A stretch of 64,000 nucleotides of DNA from Lingula anatina (taxonomy: Eukaryota > Animalia > Brachiopoda), in NCBI GenBank assembly GCA_051362555.1, contig CM120648.1, positions 8,924,587 through 8,988,586 of the forward strand, given 5' to 3'. The notes under the pieces are model-generated. The model was not told where the DNA came from, ran no database searches, and saw nothing but the letters and a program-made list of their open reading frames with translations. Position numbers and translations under genes: made by a program. Shown in pieces: positions 14,613 through 29,800 of the stretch; position 1 is the stretch's first letter, and each line of letters starts with the position of its first letter.

Positions 14613-17600
14613 CTAAAACAGTCTCCTAATACAGTTTACTTAGGCACAGTCGACCTCTTCTAAATCCCATTCAAGCTGCCGAATCTGTCAATACCATCAA
14701 CATCACACCACTTATAGGGTGCTGTGCACATTGGGCAGGGTTTAAACACTGATTGCTGCTCACACCCACACAGTCAGTTCATACAATACTAAGTATTTTT
14801 TAATGACAGAGTATTTTTTATTTCTGTTTAATCTAATTAGCTTCTCCCTTTATAAACATTCTTTCAAGGTATACAGGAATTGGTATCATTTTTGAAGTTT
14901 GATAAGAAAACATGATCTGATTAATAAATTGCAGGGAATGTAAGACAACCATTCTAAAGCAAGGGTGATTGATATTTTTTAGCAGGGGGGGGTTAGATAT
15001 TCAAGATATATTCATCAAATAATTTGTGGGAAATATAAGCACATTTTGGTAATGGCCCTTTTGGCTTTGTCAAACAAAGTAGCAGGAATGATTCAGCTAG
15101 GAAGAATTCCCTGACGGACTGAGCTGTGCTTATCAAAAATTAGAATACCCCAGAACAAATAAGCTCAAATCAAGCAATATGTATGCTGAACTTCAAAACC
15201 TTTGGTAAGATTCTGTTCAGCTCTATCCATATTAATAATGATAATAATGGGACACACAGCTTATACAGAATAGCTCTCCATCTTAGGAATCTTTTTTAAA
15301 TGAAGGTAAATCTCCTTGGTTAATAGTAAGATAAATTTGAAGACACTTTATTAGTAATCCCACAGAAAGTAATTTACTAGTACTTAAATCTAGGACCCAT
15401 CTAGCACAAATGGGATACTAATCTAAAAGTAGTCTTATTAAAATGAGCAAATTTATGGGAGAATTATCAATGTTTATCATAAATTATCATCCCATGTTGT
15501 TAAGTTGCTTTCCGTTGTAGAGCCAAAATCTTCTCATTTGTGATAAACAACACAAATCTTTTTGCATTCTTCTTATCATAATGCTTTTGATAGCCACATC
15601 AAAGTGACCGCTCTGACGTTGTAAGTTCTTTGTACTCTGACTTAAATGCAGTGCTGTCAGAAAATGTGTGAATCTGATGATGGATTCTCATAATAGAAAC
15701 TTTTATAACAGAAGCTTTCTTGACATGATCTCCTTGTTGAAACATTCTCAACACAACATATCTTTGCAATGCCAACAAGATACTTTCTCTACATCATTTC
15801 CTCGATGATATATTTTCAACACAATATATATATTTACAAGACAAACAGATGACAGGGGACATATTCTCTTTCCTTGTGCAAGCTGCATAAAAATTTTGAG
15901 CTCTCTTCTACCCCACCTCACCCCTCACTATTCATAAAAGATAGATATTACACCAGATCCGGAACACCTGCAGCTGACAAGATGCTAATATATCGTCCCA
16001 GTCAGGCCATGTTACTTTTTTATGACAGAGATTTAAGTATTTTTCTATGTTTAAACAAGATATTCTTTATTCCAGTATCACACAAACACCAATGTAAACG
16101 TACACCAGATTAATGCACCTGGACGTACATCATTTATTCTTGAATTCCTTCTGAAAAGCAAACAGGAGTTTTTTTTCCTCATAAATTTCACATTTTCACA
16201 TGGGGACCCCACCTATGAGGCTTGACACTTCAACCTATCATTTAAAATTACATTGGCAGCAAGCATAGATTCCCTGTAATGCATATAAATAACTACCCCT
16301 AGTTTCTTACATGATTCAAATAAATTCACAGGGAAACTAAATAAATAATCAATCAGTCAAAAAATAGCTATAAAAGTGCACCTTCTTTAATTTCTATAAC
16401 TCGCTTCAAATGTATCTTAAAGTATCAGTTTTTTATTCCTTCATTTTCCAAATGCCACTATTCTCTCCTAATAGCTATTACTTAGACTAGCAGTGTCTTG
16501 ACTCCCAAATGAAGTATAATTTGGGTCTGGATATGATAAGGGCCCTTAACTCACTAAATAAAGCACTTTTTCAGGTTTTGCTGCTCACAGACATCACCGA
16601 GACCTTCGGGTTTAAAAAAGGAAAGGTTGAACGCACATCTGCCCAATTCATGTTGACTAGAATAGATACAGTAGCCATTAAATGACAGTTATTATAGGAC
16701 TTAACGTGATCTTAGCACACTTCAACTGGGAGGAGATAAACTTTTAAGTGCCTGAAGTACCTTTTCAAGATCACCTAAATGGTCTTGTAATCGAGCATAA
16801 TGGCGTTAGTCACCGAGACAGGCATGCAAAAATGCAGACCTAACTAAAGACAGAACTAAAAAAAGAGAGGAAAGTTTATAATTTAAGATTGCTCAAAATT
16901 AAAAATCAACTACTTCATGCAGAATGCTCACTCTGTGCTAAAACTGGGACAGAATCTATATCTTTTTCTGTTTACTGGAATATTTGTTTATATTCTTCAA
17001 ATAAAAATAATCCTCTTAAAGGTTATTCTATTCTTGCACTTCACAAAAATGCTGAACCATGGCATGTTTCCAGTCACACTGGCCAAATCTATGATAAATA
17101 TATAATTATCATTATCGTTTTTCTTCATTTAGCAGATTTGGTAATATTGATGAGCCAATAATAACCAGGCCTACTGGGATAACCAAGTTGGGTAGACCCA
17201 AACTTGAACAGAAACAAGGCGACAAACCAAGACAAGGACAGTATCAACACCCAATATTGGAAGCCAACCAAAAAGAGCTTCAGTCAAGTTCAACTACAGA
17301 ACTATACTAATAACTCTCCTACAAGCATGATAAAAAAGTATCATTTTAACAAAGAAAATGACCGAATGAACAAGAATAATGACTACTTGTACGAGAATAA
17401 TGACCACTTGCAGATGATGGATGACCTGTGTCCACTTCAGATATGACACGAGGACAATGACGGAAAAGTTTCCCTTTGAGTTAAGTGACACCTAAGAAAG
17501 TGTGTACCCTCTACTTAGGTGACACGGTCTGGGCGTGCACTCAGTGTCTCGCGGCACATTGGACACCAGCTGCACACACGCATGCCAGCGGTCTTTTTTT

Positions 17601-18271
17601 TTTCGCAATCATTTTACATCATGCAGAAGAATCAAGGTGTGGCAAGAAAGGATCAGAATTTCAGAGTTTTAATGTTCCTTTGGTATTATTAGTCTTTTGA
17701 AATGATCAACCCCAATTTATGTATCTTTTTATACCTATATAACATATCTGATTCAGGGAACAGTTTTATTTTTTAAATGAAATCTCTCATATTAACCACT
17801 CAAAAATCATTACTATTTAATTCACTAATCTCTTTGCAAGGATTTATACACAAAACAAAGGTCTTTTCTTAATAAAAGTTCTCATTCTAACCACATTTCA
17901 TAAGATGCCATATAAAAATACTCCTTCAGGACAAAATGTATAATTTGTTCTCCGCCCCCTCTGAAACTGACCCTTTCATTACCAGTAAGCTAGCTAACAA
18001 CTGTTAATCTCTGTGGTAGAAACTAAAGCCCACCCTCTATTTACAGTGTCAGATAAACTAACTGTGCTCTCCATATTTTATAACCACAGGTATCTGACCA
18101 CAAGATTGAAGGTTATAATGGTTGGGCTTTAAAAATGGGATGAAAGGCGGGGTAGAGGTAGGGGAAGGGTTAGTACGATAAGACATATGGGGAAAGAGGG
18201 GTAATAGGTACAATTGGGTAACTAAGGCGAGGTGGAAGGGAACTGAACATGGACTTGTTGGTTGTATATAA

Positions 18272-18453
18272 GGGTCTGTCCAGAACCAGTTGAACGGTCT
18301 ATCAGATATACGGTATAGAACCAAATATGGTGCGAAATTGACAATGGATTCCCATCTTCCACGCTGTCCTTGCAGGGGCAGAGCAGTTAAATCTCAGCAT
18401 GCTTTCAAGTGTGTGTTAGTTAGTTCCCGGGTCAACTGGTTCTGAACGGACCC
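18272..18453. mobile_element. PIF/Harbinger-type MITE
   Basis: TAA-GGGTCTGTCCAGAACCAGTTGA...TCAACTGGTTCTGAACGGACCC-TAA. Confidence 0.75.
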
Positions 18454-18745
18454 TAAGGCAGCCTGAAGGATGAGAGGGAGTGAGGTAGAATGTTTATGGT
18501 TGAATCCTAGGGCCAGGCCAGGCAGTAAAGGGTCCGGTTAAAGGTGGTATATAGTTGTGGGGCAATAAATACACAAGTAGGCATAGCACTAGTGCAATGT
18601 ACTGTCAGGAAAAAAGTACATATTTCAAGTGCAGTTTTAAAAGCACCTGGTTCAAATTCCAACCTCAATTGTCTACCTAACCCACTTAGTCCTTTTCCCT
18701 CTAACCACTTCATGTTTAACCTATGGCCCAGTTTTACATAATCCT

Positions 18746-18968
18746 AGACTGGGTTCCCATGCCTAGATCGATCCATCTGGATCGATGTAACTCCTTGGGG
18801 AGTCTCACTAAATTGCTGTCAACTACCAAATTAGCTAGGGGGTAAAGATAATTACCCCCTAACAGCTTTACTAGGAGTGACAGACATTTAAGCCAGTCAA
18901 GTTGATAGCAGTTTAGTGAGACTCCCCAGGGATATAGATCGATCCAAATATCTGTGGGAATAGTCCCC
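18746..18968. mobile_element. Diverged, more symmetric relative of MITE family A
   Basis: TAGATCGATC motifs, GGGGAGTCTCACTAAA on both arms and the TAATTACCCCCT.ACAGCTT core. Confidence 0.7.
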
Positions 18969-19171
18969 TAGTGAATACGGGAGTTTCTGTTTCAACATGT
19001 GACTATAGGACAATGAAAAGATTTTACCGCATCTTTTTTTCTTCCTTTGTCTAGTATACTCAGCCTTGCATAAGTGCATGTCAGTGCCTTTTCTCTTATT
19101 TGTCAAAGTATGTTTTCACTTGCCGCAACAAAGTTACACAACCTAAATGCCAGAACCAGTGCAAAGGAATC

Positions 19172-19255
19172 GTGTGTGCATGTGTGTGTGTATGTGTGTG
19201 TGTGCATGTGTGTGTGTATGTGTGTGTGTGTATGTGTGTGTGTGTGTGTGTGTGG
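19172..19255. repeat. (GT)n microsatellite
   Basis: Direct reading. Confidence 0.95.
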
Positions 19256-19640
19256 GTGTTTGTGTTTGTGCTGGATTACCTATGCTAGGTTTGTTACATA
19301 TATTTATGTGTTTTCGACTATATAAAAATATATACACATGTATTCACAAAACAAAGTGTCAAATTGAAATAAATATCCAAGGTATGGAAGTAAACAGTGC
19401 GTTATCTGCTTCAGAAGGAATGCTGTCTCACCTGCGCCCACGTCAGCAGGGTCAAGTATGGGAAATCTTTAGTTAGTAAAAGTAATTACCAATCAAGTGT
19501 CTGTTTGATATAAAAATAGATTGTTGAACTCAGTCAAATATGGTGGGTGGTAGGCAAGCACAGGTCTAGTGTCACAGACACAAGCAGTGCCAGTGTGGGT
19601 GTGAGTGACTGCATTTTATGGTGCATTACGATGTAATTTA

Positions 19641-19865
19641 GGGTGCTTTCCCAAAGATTTAGATCGATCTAAAGATTAAGATTTAGATCGATCTAACTCC
19701 CTGGGGGTTCACGCTAAATTGCAGTCAGCCGAGCGGGCACCATAGTTAATTACCCCCTTACAGCTTTAAGTAGGCGGGACAGACGCTTAAGCCCGCCAAG
19801 CTGACAGTAATCTAGCGAGACTCCCAACAGGGATAGATCGATCTAAAATCTATGGAAATGGGGTG
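19641..19865 (-). mobile_element. MITE family A, subtype 1
   Basis: Reverse complement of the 8133 copy, flanked by TTA/TAA. Confidence 0.85.
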
Positions 19866-22800
19866 TAAGTCTGAGTAATCATGTTCAAACATGCTTTTAG
19901 AGAAGAACTTATTTCAATAATGTTTCTAGGCCAACGCTTCTTATACTTGAAACAATGCATGGTGGTAGCCATATTTGATTTTTGCAGGGTTTAAAATGTA
20001 GAGTAAATGTTGAGACTAAAATTTGAGTCCAATTTTTGAATTTCTTTTACAAAACCGGTCCCGAGTCATCCACAGACAGGCCCAACTCCGTCAAAACATG
20101 CCCTCTTGTTTTTATGTCCTGTTCTCCGAAATATCCTATAACAAGTAGCTTATTGTCCCTCCACATGAGAACTGAACATCTTTATCCCAGACGTTATTGC
20201 AATGGGAAAGAACATCCTTTTTTGAAGTCTTTGATGTCAGAAATCGAGCCCACCCATATCTTCTTTACCTTTTCACCTTGATATCTCATCACTGAAAGAC
20301 TATTTTCCTTTTTTTACTTTTTCAAAAAGGTAAAATAGAGCAATTCTGATTGGATGCACTACAAACTTCTTGGTATAACAGTTGTACATGGTAATTAGCC
20401 TTTTGTTTTGCTCTGGTTGCAACATTAATATTTAAATTCAGCTGTCAATCATTTCCCTGTCCTAATAAATGGTCAAACAGACACCTTTTTTGCCATATGA
20501 AATATATGGTAAAAGATTTCATATTTTACCTATCTTTATATCTACCAGATTTTCTTTTTTAGCTCTATTTATCAAATAATTCACCATAGATGATTAATTA
20601 CAAGCCATCCTGTTATAACGTGACCTTTCGATCCTTCCAACAGGCGTCAGAACAGCTTGCCCAGCAGTCATCAAATCACAGATGACATTGTGACAAAATA
20701 ATACCAAGATTGGAATGATTGCAATCGCAACACAAACAGAGGGAAATGCTATGTATACTTCTGTGTCCAAACAATTTAAAAAGGTAGCCTGCAGAGCAAC
20801 AATTTTATTACCCACAGGGGTCATACAATTAAGATATATTCATAATAAACACTTCTGACAACTTATAAAGGTATGTAAATTGAACACAGCCAGGGCAGGA
20901 ATTCTTACTAGACTGGCAGGGCTGAAATTTCAGATTTGGCTGTTTCATTTTTTTATCCATTTTCTTATAGATTGACTTAAAATAAAGCAGAGTGTAAAAA
21001 ACACCAGATCAACATAACTACAGGCGTCTAAAATATAAAAGTAAATCTGCTGCGAATTTTTGGTTAAAAAATATACTTAAATAAAAAGTCAATAATGATA
21101 AATACTAGAATTTTATGAAGCATGTCTGAAGTTGTTCCAAAGGGTAAATTTTAGAATTTCTACTTTTTACATGACAGACTTTTTTTGGACTTTTTTCTCT
21201 CTTTCTTTTTTCTTTTTTAGCAAACAAGTTAACAACCTGACTATTATGTGTAATATGGGTGGCATTTTAACATGAGATATCATGCTGTCATGGGTTTGAG
21301 TGGCAATTATGGAATATGACAGCTCGCTTTTAAATGCATGAAAGTTGTGAAACAGCTAGATCATTATCGAAAGACTAGGAGTCCTTGATGACTTCAGGGC
21401 TTCTGGCGCTACAAGGATGTGTTTCCATTTGATCCTTTGACAGCTCACAAAATGTGCATTTTTTGAGCAAAACTTTTGTACTTGATGACTTACTAAAGGG
21501 CCTCTTTCAGCACTGTTTCAGATAAAATGGTTTTTTATTATCTCCATAGTGGGCAGTAGAAATTTTGGCAATCAATAACTAGCAGGCCACAATGAGGAGC
21601 TAGGCTACATTATAGTTCTCGCAGGCTTAGATCCATTAATTTTCTTCATCCATTTCTTTGGTACAAAAAACAGTATGAAAACAATAATTATAATAAATTT
21701 AGTTCTGCTAGCCCATGTATAGGTCTAGTGAAGATTTTAACTTCAGAAAAATCTTGTATTTTAATACCCTGGCAATTACACTACAACTCCAGCTAAATGG
21801 AGACCTGTAGAGTAGTCATTTTTGCTGGAGTTGTAGTTTTCTCACTCTTTGGTGATAAATCTAACCCCTTACCTCATGGATGACATTATGGTTGATAGGT
21901 AAAACTACACTCATTCACCTCTGAAGTTAAACAAAATGTTAACTTTTTTTTTTTTTTTTTTTTTTTTTGGGGGGGGGGGGGTTCATGTATAGCAGTTTGA
22001 AAGCATGGATGACACACTGTAGTTAATGGGTGTTTCTTCGTAAATCGAACTAAACTTCAAGCAGATTTGGTTAAAATGGTCTCAAAGAACTGCTTCCCAT
22101 ACATGTACAGGCATAAATATCTACTGTTATCAACACCACAGTCGAAGATATATATTGATCAATTGACTTAAAATAGATAGGATTAAAGCCCACTTCTCAA
22201 TAAATGAGGCTATTCATTTCTTAATTTAATTTGATTTTAATCCCACCTGATCCATTGGGATATGTCATCCTCAGTTATATGACACCGCGTGGCCTTATTG
22301 AATGGCTTCGACTTTGAAACGGGTCACAGGAGGATATTTTTAAGACGAGGAATGGAGGAAATTACAGACAAGAGAGGAAAATTCTTGCCTTTTTATTTCA
22401 CCTTTTTTTGTCTCATTATAGAAAAGGGTCACTATATAAGTGCACAAATGTCTGTGAAATTTTTCTTCTTGCAGCATGAAGTTTTGATAATTGTGCCTGT
22501 GGAAAATTTGAAAGTAGATATAGCTCTTTTTCAAGACTGACATTGTGGAGAACTTGTCTTTTTTTCTGGTGAATCAAATGCATAAAAATCAATGTATGGA
22601 CATTAAATAAGCCCTTTTGTAAGGGTCATTGTTTTTTTTCTGTGCACTGAAATGAACTATAACAAGGACTGGAATACAGAAAACTGGAGGGTACCAGCAA
22701 TTTTAGAAAAACATGACAAAAGCAATCAGTTTCATGACTATAAACAACTTTCTCCTAACTTGAGATCTTAAGAAGTTTAATTTTTTCAAACACTGAGCAA

Positions 22801-25145
22801 TAAGTGTATGTGACATGCTTTCTTTATACAAAATATATTGTATTTTTTTCTAATACACATCTGCAATTATTCATCCATGCACTGTAAAACAAAGACTGAC
22901 TTTTATGGCCTGGCCCCAACATAACAGAAAAAAAAAAACATGAATTATGAGCAATTCTCAACAGGAATGTGAAGAACTGTCTGTACATCTTTGAAGCCCT
23001 CCACTTTTATTGTATCTTGTAGAGTTTTAGCATACTTTTTACAAGCACCTTCGTCTTCAGGTTGGAATTTTCCCAGCAGGCAAGTGTTTCATGTGAGGTA
23101 TCAGTAGTGATCTGACTGAACATTTTACTGAATGACCTGTGTCATCATCTTCAACAGCCTGATGTCTATCCAGTAAAACCCAAGGCTGAATAGCCACATT
23201 TTCCTCAAATCTGCCTTACCCTCTGGTAACAACAAAGAGTCCCAAAGCCAGGTATGCCTGAGACATTGTAAATCCAGAATTAGACCATTTAGCCATGTGA
23301 GGACTCCTAAAACACCTGAGCAGCTAACAGAAAGTCTTCCTTGAATCAAAGGACTACCATTAATGAATCAATTAATAACTAGCATTTTTATCTTGTTTTT
23401 CTTTCTGCATTTTCATTTATTCATGCATTTATCATCTTTTTTAGCCAAATAAAGTATATTTGATAAAATTAAGTGATGTTGGCTTAATTCAAGTCCTAGG
23501 TTTAACAGCATGTCAACATCAGGCTCGAATAAGAAGAGTAACACTTTGAAAGGCTTATGGTTTAGTAAGCTATAGACAGGTTAAAAAAACGTGGCTAGCA
23601 ATCAGTCATATGTTGATTGCTTAGCAGCGCATTGCAGAAGACAGCAATGCATTGCAACCTACATGATTATTTTTGTTTGTGAGTATATTGGAATTAGAGC
23701 TGTGAGAATTTGGTCTCTAATCTCAATCTGCAACCCTAACCTTTTCCTTGGGTCTTTTGCTGCTTAAATGCATTGCTCCCACAGAATCCATAATGTAAAT
23801 TGAACTTTTTGATGCACACCGCCTCGAGAAAACATTTGCAAAAATTGTTTATAATATCCTTCCAAAATACACACACATTATTACTGTAAACCGTCCCAGG
23901 ATTTCTGTCGGTTTCAGTCAAAAGGGATTTTAACAAAATTATCAAGGGCTGTTTCAAGAGGAAATAGACCTTATATGAACTGGAAACAAATTTGATACAG
24001 CTTTGTTTGTTTTACTTTGTTTGTGAGGTATTTAGCCTGGAATTTTATTGATGTTATTTATTATTTTGTTTTGTGTACATAACCTGAGGGAAAGTTTAAC
24101 CCAGGGCTGGGTTTCCACTATATTCTCTGTTTTATGATTTCAAGGGGTCTTGACTCGACCTAGGAGATGCTTCAATAAAGCTATCTCAGTCCTTCAGTCA
24201 CAGACTGATCATACCCCTTCCAGACTTGAATCAAGGCTTCCTATATTCTTTAGCTAAGACCACTGCATGATATTATCATGCCTCAACCATTATTATTTTT
24301 TTCATAAATTCATAATTTATAGTGTTTTTATCATTACAAAAATCCTGTCATGCAACTTGCACATCTTAATTTGGAAATATTATCTTTCCTTACAGCACTT
24401 TATGTTCAAGGAAATTACAGAACAGTCTGAAAACAAGGTAAAATATAATGACCAAATATTACACAAAGTGGGTACATTTTACGTTACACAGGTGTGGAAG
24501 AGATGTCTGCAAAAAGATGTCTAGTACAGATTACCACCCACGCACATACGGATTTGTATCAGGTGTCTAATACACTTCAAAAGGCTGATGCTTAAGTACC
24601 TAGCTGTTAACAAGCACAATCTTCACCTTATGACAGCCAGCTAAATCTTCATAACGTGCTACTGATTACTAGTCCATACAACCCCCCTCCTCTACCCTGC
24701 AAACAAAGTCTTTGCATTTTTTTTTTTAATTCTTCAAATGCCAATGAAGACAAAAAATGATACACCTTTGTTTAAAACATTGTACATCAAGGTAGCGTGA
24801 GCACCCTTTTCTCTTCTGTGAGTTAAACTCTCTTTAATGGGCTTAATCTTAAACATTAATCTAGACATATACAGGTAATCCCCTGCCTCTGACTGATTTG
24901 TGGCTTTCTTGGCAAATTGGATTAAAAGGAACACAACAGAGTTGTTGAAGATAGATCAAGGTGTGCATGTTTTGCCAGGTGGAGTCTGGTTCAGAATTAT
25001 CACAGATTATATCAAATATGTATTAATCGTGATATCAAGAATCTATTACCAAGAATGTGACTGTGCAATGTGCAATCAAAATTGTTGAAAATCAGCCGTG
25101 TTTGTGGCATAGGTTTTGGATGGCATTTTCAGTTTCAATGCTGTA

Positions 25146-25167
25146 AACACACACCCACACAAACACG

Positions 25168-25210
<43 letters not shown>

Positions 25211-25220
25211 AGAAGAGAGA
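25146..25220. repeat. (CA)n/(GA)n microsatellite
   Basis: Direct reading. Confidence 0.9.
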
Positions 25221-26288
25221 TAATTAGAGAGATAATTCAATCTCTTCAACTGTAAAGCACACATGTGTACACACACATCTGAAATCACATTTGCAAGCAA
25301 TTTCCCTATAAATAAGTGTTAATACAGTAATACAGTTACAAATCATTAAAACATACAAACAAATGGAATTTAGTGCATAATCTAATTCACCAATTCCGTC
25401 AATTTATTAAGTAACACAACAAACAGAGGATAAATTTCCACTACCGGGGCCTTCCTCATCTTGCTGGTGAATTTTATCAAGTATCAATATTTACCCAGTA
25501 TTCTGAAGTCTCCATCTTTGATAGAACAAACAAGCCCAAATCTATTCCCCAGTGAGGAGGCGTGATTATGGGTCATGCTCTTATATAGCGCATGGGTATT
25601 TTTTGTTTCTTTTTCTTTGTAATATGTGAGAAGAGTTCACTTCATAGTCGATGAAACTGGGCACCACTTTTATGCTCCTGCTGGCTACTTAATATGTACT
25701 GGTCAATGCATGATGTCTGGATTCTTGACGACATTATTGAAATTTTTATCATATCGTAGTTGATACTCAGGAGATTAAAAAGTTATAAAATTTTGCTCTG
25801 GTTAAGTTCCATGTGTGTGTGTATGAGCATGTGTGTGGGTGTATGTGTTTGTGCCTGGACGTGTTTGTGTTCGTGCATGCTTGTGCATGCTCTGCTAAGT
25901 TTTGTAGTCAATAAAGCAAACTTCCATCTTAAACGGACTCTCCATAAACATAAGCATGCCTACTGGTTTGCTTTTTTATTACTTTATATTATCTTCCTCC
26001 ATACTGGAAGCCAGTTTATGAGAAAAAAAAAAAACAAACTTCTATCTTGTGTCCAAACTTCCTTTCATACCACCCAATGTCTACCAAAAATAGGAAACAT
26101 GCACTATAAATGACAGAAGATTAATCTGGACAATAAAACGCAAAGTCTGATAAGAGTCAAAATATCCTGGGTCAAGTGGCATTCTAATTCGATGTTTTAG
26201 TGCCTCAGATGTTGGTTATGACAGGTGGACATCCAGGGATGATTTGACCGTTAAGTATTCAAAGAGCGCATTCAGAACAGTGGACTAA

Positions 26289-26503
26289 GGCTGTATTCCC
26301 AGAGCTTTTAGATCGATCTATCCCCGCGGGGAGTCTCACTAGATTACTGTCAGATAATCCGGCTTAAATGTCCGTCCCGCCTACTACAAGCTGTAAGGGG
26401 GTAATTGACTTTCGTGTCCCCTCGGCTGACAGCTATTTAGCATGAACTCCCAGGGAGTTGGGTCGATCTAAAGTAGATCGATCTAATCTCTGGAAATGGG
26501 GTC
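26289..26503 (+). mobile_element. MITE family A, subtype 2
   Basis: TAA-GGCTGTATTCCCAGAG...TCTCTGGAAATGGGGTC-TAA. Confidence 0.85.
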
Positions 26504-26821
26504 TAACAGATCCACAGATCAAATATGGCCGACTCACTTGAATACTTGTTGCATAATCCCAGAGAGAAATCTATTCAGTGTCTAATTGGGAACTAAGCAA
26601 CAAACTTTTAAGTGAGGCACCATATACTTGATGCACAGATCCCTTAGTCTGGTGTTCTGAATGTGCTCAAAGTGAAAACCACTCCACTATGTCTACAGGG
26701 GTGACACTTGTCCTCTTGTAAGATATGTAGAGACAAACTGACATCACTGTTGTTTGTGTGTGTTTAAGATGTCAGTCTTGTAAGCTGGACAGTGGTCTTA
26801 TCGGATGGTATATCAAATGAC

Positions 26822-26823
<2 letters not shown>

Positions 26824-26865
<42 letters not shown>
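26824..26865. repeat. (GT)n microsatellite
   Basis: Direct reading. Confidence 0.95.
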
Positions 26866-26867
<2 letters not shown>

Positions 26868-29800
26868 GTTTGTGTGTATGCATTCATGCATGTGCATGCG
26901 TGTGTACACACATGCCTGTATTTGCATATACAGCACATTTGGCATTAAACATGCATGTATACATTCAATTCATGTGTATATATGTATGTGTACATGCATG
27001 CACACACTAACATCAATGTCTCATGAAGGAAGACTTTTTTAAAAAGCAGAAACTTGTCAACCCTAACCCTCCACCATCATCTTCATACAGAAAGTAAAAG
27101 ATGGACAAGAAAATTACATGTTTCAACCCCAATGTTCCAAAAGTACCACCATTCTCGAACACAACGATTTATGAAAGGTACACCTACATGTAATTATTGT
27201 CTCTATTTCAGTGACATCAAGGTGTCCTCTTATCCACATCACACAACTTTGCAGTGAATCCTCGGCATGGTCTACAATTACTATTACACAATAACCGTAT
27301 CACACCATTCTGAAATGACCCATCAACTTCTCAGCACACAATCATCAAATAAAGATCACAATTTTCTGAAATGTTACATTGTGTGATTAATGTCTTTCTT
27401 CTCTTAGATTATGTTCCTGATTATGTGTATTGCGACCATTCTCAAATGACATTTTACTGTCATGATGTCTCTGATCCTTCCTCTTGTATATTGTACTATT
27501 AGATAATGCATAGAAAATGACAGATTAATTAGTCATTTATTACACTGAAGCAACTGAAAGACCACTCATATCATGACGTCTCCTCCACTAGACTCGTTTT
27601 ACTTTCTTCTTTGTTACAGCTATTTCTTACAACAGGTATGAAACAAAAAAAAAATGATTTAATTCTCTCCTTTAAATAACCTTTTGTCCATAATTCCTAG
27701 AAGTTTGATCATGACATTCAGAAAAGCAAATTATTTTAAATTAAATTTCCTCTTCTGATCTATACATTTGATTCTTTATCATTCTTTCACCACTAAAGTA
27801 AAAAATTAGCCATCAAAATAAAAATATAATCGAAATAAATGGTATGTGAAATTTTTGAGCAATTACTGTAACCCCATTATGTGATACCACACTGCTTATC
27901 ATAATCCGTGTGTCTTACAGTCCACTTATCACACTGGACAGGTCATAATACACTAATTATCGGACCCTTGACAAGATGAAGTGGACACTCATCATTTTAC
28001 CTCTGAGGCTTTGTTTTGCAAAATAGCTTTCACCCAAAAATGTGTCTCTTTGGTCAAACTTTTCATCAACATTCACATATGATAAACCAAGAGCAGTTCC
28101 AGAAAATGGAATATTGTTCCCATTTTATAGCAAGAAACATCTCAGGCTAATTCCTTTTTTTATTTATTTCATGTTAGAATGCTATGGCAGGCCTGTAACC
28201 AGCAATTTCAAGGTGGGGGGGGGGGGGGGTCTTTTTCTGTAAAAGTGGATCCTTTACCAAGAAACCTATTTCAAACTGTACTCAGAGCAGACCTTTTTCC
28301 ATAACGCCCCCCCTCCCCCATGGGCCCCCTCTGGCAACAGGCCTGTGTGGAGTAATTTTGAGCCAAATAAGGCCAAATTTCCCATCTAAAAATTAAGACC
28401 AATTTCTAAGCTAAATTTCTTTTGTGAAATCTATTAAAATGACTCTATCCATGAGGATATATTATATTGCAGTGCTTTAAACCTGGTAACATATTTGTTC
28501 ATCAGATTTCCAAAGGGCTTACGTTGTTTGTATTCAAACGCATTGTGGGCACAGACGTCTGGGGAATTATTGACATACGGTAACTTTGGTTTTATATTCT
28601 CTGCAGAGTGTGTACTGGACTACACTAATATCTGAGCTGTGAATAAAGCATCTCCCTTGGCATTATTTCTGAGATACTCCACCCCCAGTACCTACCCACC
28701 CAACCCCCACCCCCTTACAGTAATTGATTATATTTATTGTATTAACTTGTGTGGTATTATAAATGAATTGATAGTCCTTTTAATAAAATTTTGAGAAATG
28801 AGCTATGTTTTTTCTGTATGTTACTGCAGTGAAATGAAAACAGATATTAAGGGCTGTATATATGCTACTGTTTTTGATTGCGAAAGGTAGTCTTGTTTTG
28901 ACAGAAAATTTTCTGACTGGTTTCTTGAAACTTTCTTCTCAACCTTTTTTTCTTTTTTGTTTAAACTATTGTTAATAGGTCACCACTTGCTGGAAAGACA
29001 ATGTGAAGCGACACTCCCCCCCCCCCCCCCCCCCCACCCCCCACAACTCTCTCCACCCAATTTTTTACGTACAGCCACCATCATTTTAACTGGTTCAGGT
29101 CACCTTCAACTTGTTAAAGTTTATATCATTATGCTGATGTACAAGTTTTCTAAACACAATTACATCAGGTGCTACTGCTTCTGTTCAGAACTGGTTTGAA
29201 TTTTAAGACATGTGGCCGAGTTACTATGCTATGCTTGGGGAAAAAATGAGAATATTCCAGTTCACACAATCCCAATTGAAAGTACAATGTTGCAGGAAGA
29301 AAACAAAACAGCAAGATGGTAAAAAGATGTGTATACTATCGGGAAGTGTGTAGTTAATCCATTACCAGAAAATCAAATCAGCTGCAAAACGAAATCAGTT
29401 CTTATAAGGTCAACTGAGAAGAAAACCAAAGTTGAAATGAAAAGATCCACTGCCAAAATGGCAATTTCCAAATGTAGTTGAATCTTCTCTTTAAGCGAAG
29501 ATGGGTTGATCCTGCTAGATTGATCTAGGTATGGAAACAGGGTCAAAGCCAATGCTGCTAATATACTAGTAGAGAGGTGACTTTCAAGTGGCCTACAGAA
29601 CCCAGGGTGAAGATAACTTGAGTCAACAGCAAAATTCTTGTTCACAATACAATATATAAGATGCCTACACTGATCTTTTTCGTTATCTTATTTAAAAAAG
29701 CTAGATCACCTGAGCAATAAGCCTTGGTGAAGAATTATTAAAGAGCAAGGTGTGAACACACTTAAATCCATATTCTGGGCCCCATTTCATTTCACCAATA

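Noticed and set aside
20594-20824. 76-aa minus-strand ORF with a hydrophobic stretch as a candidate TM-agrin exon
   Set aside because: No good phase-1 donor after the hydrophobic segment (AAG|GTCACG is weak and phase 2), and no homology was recognised.
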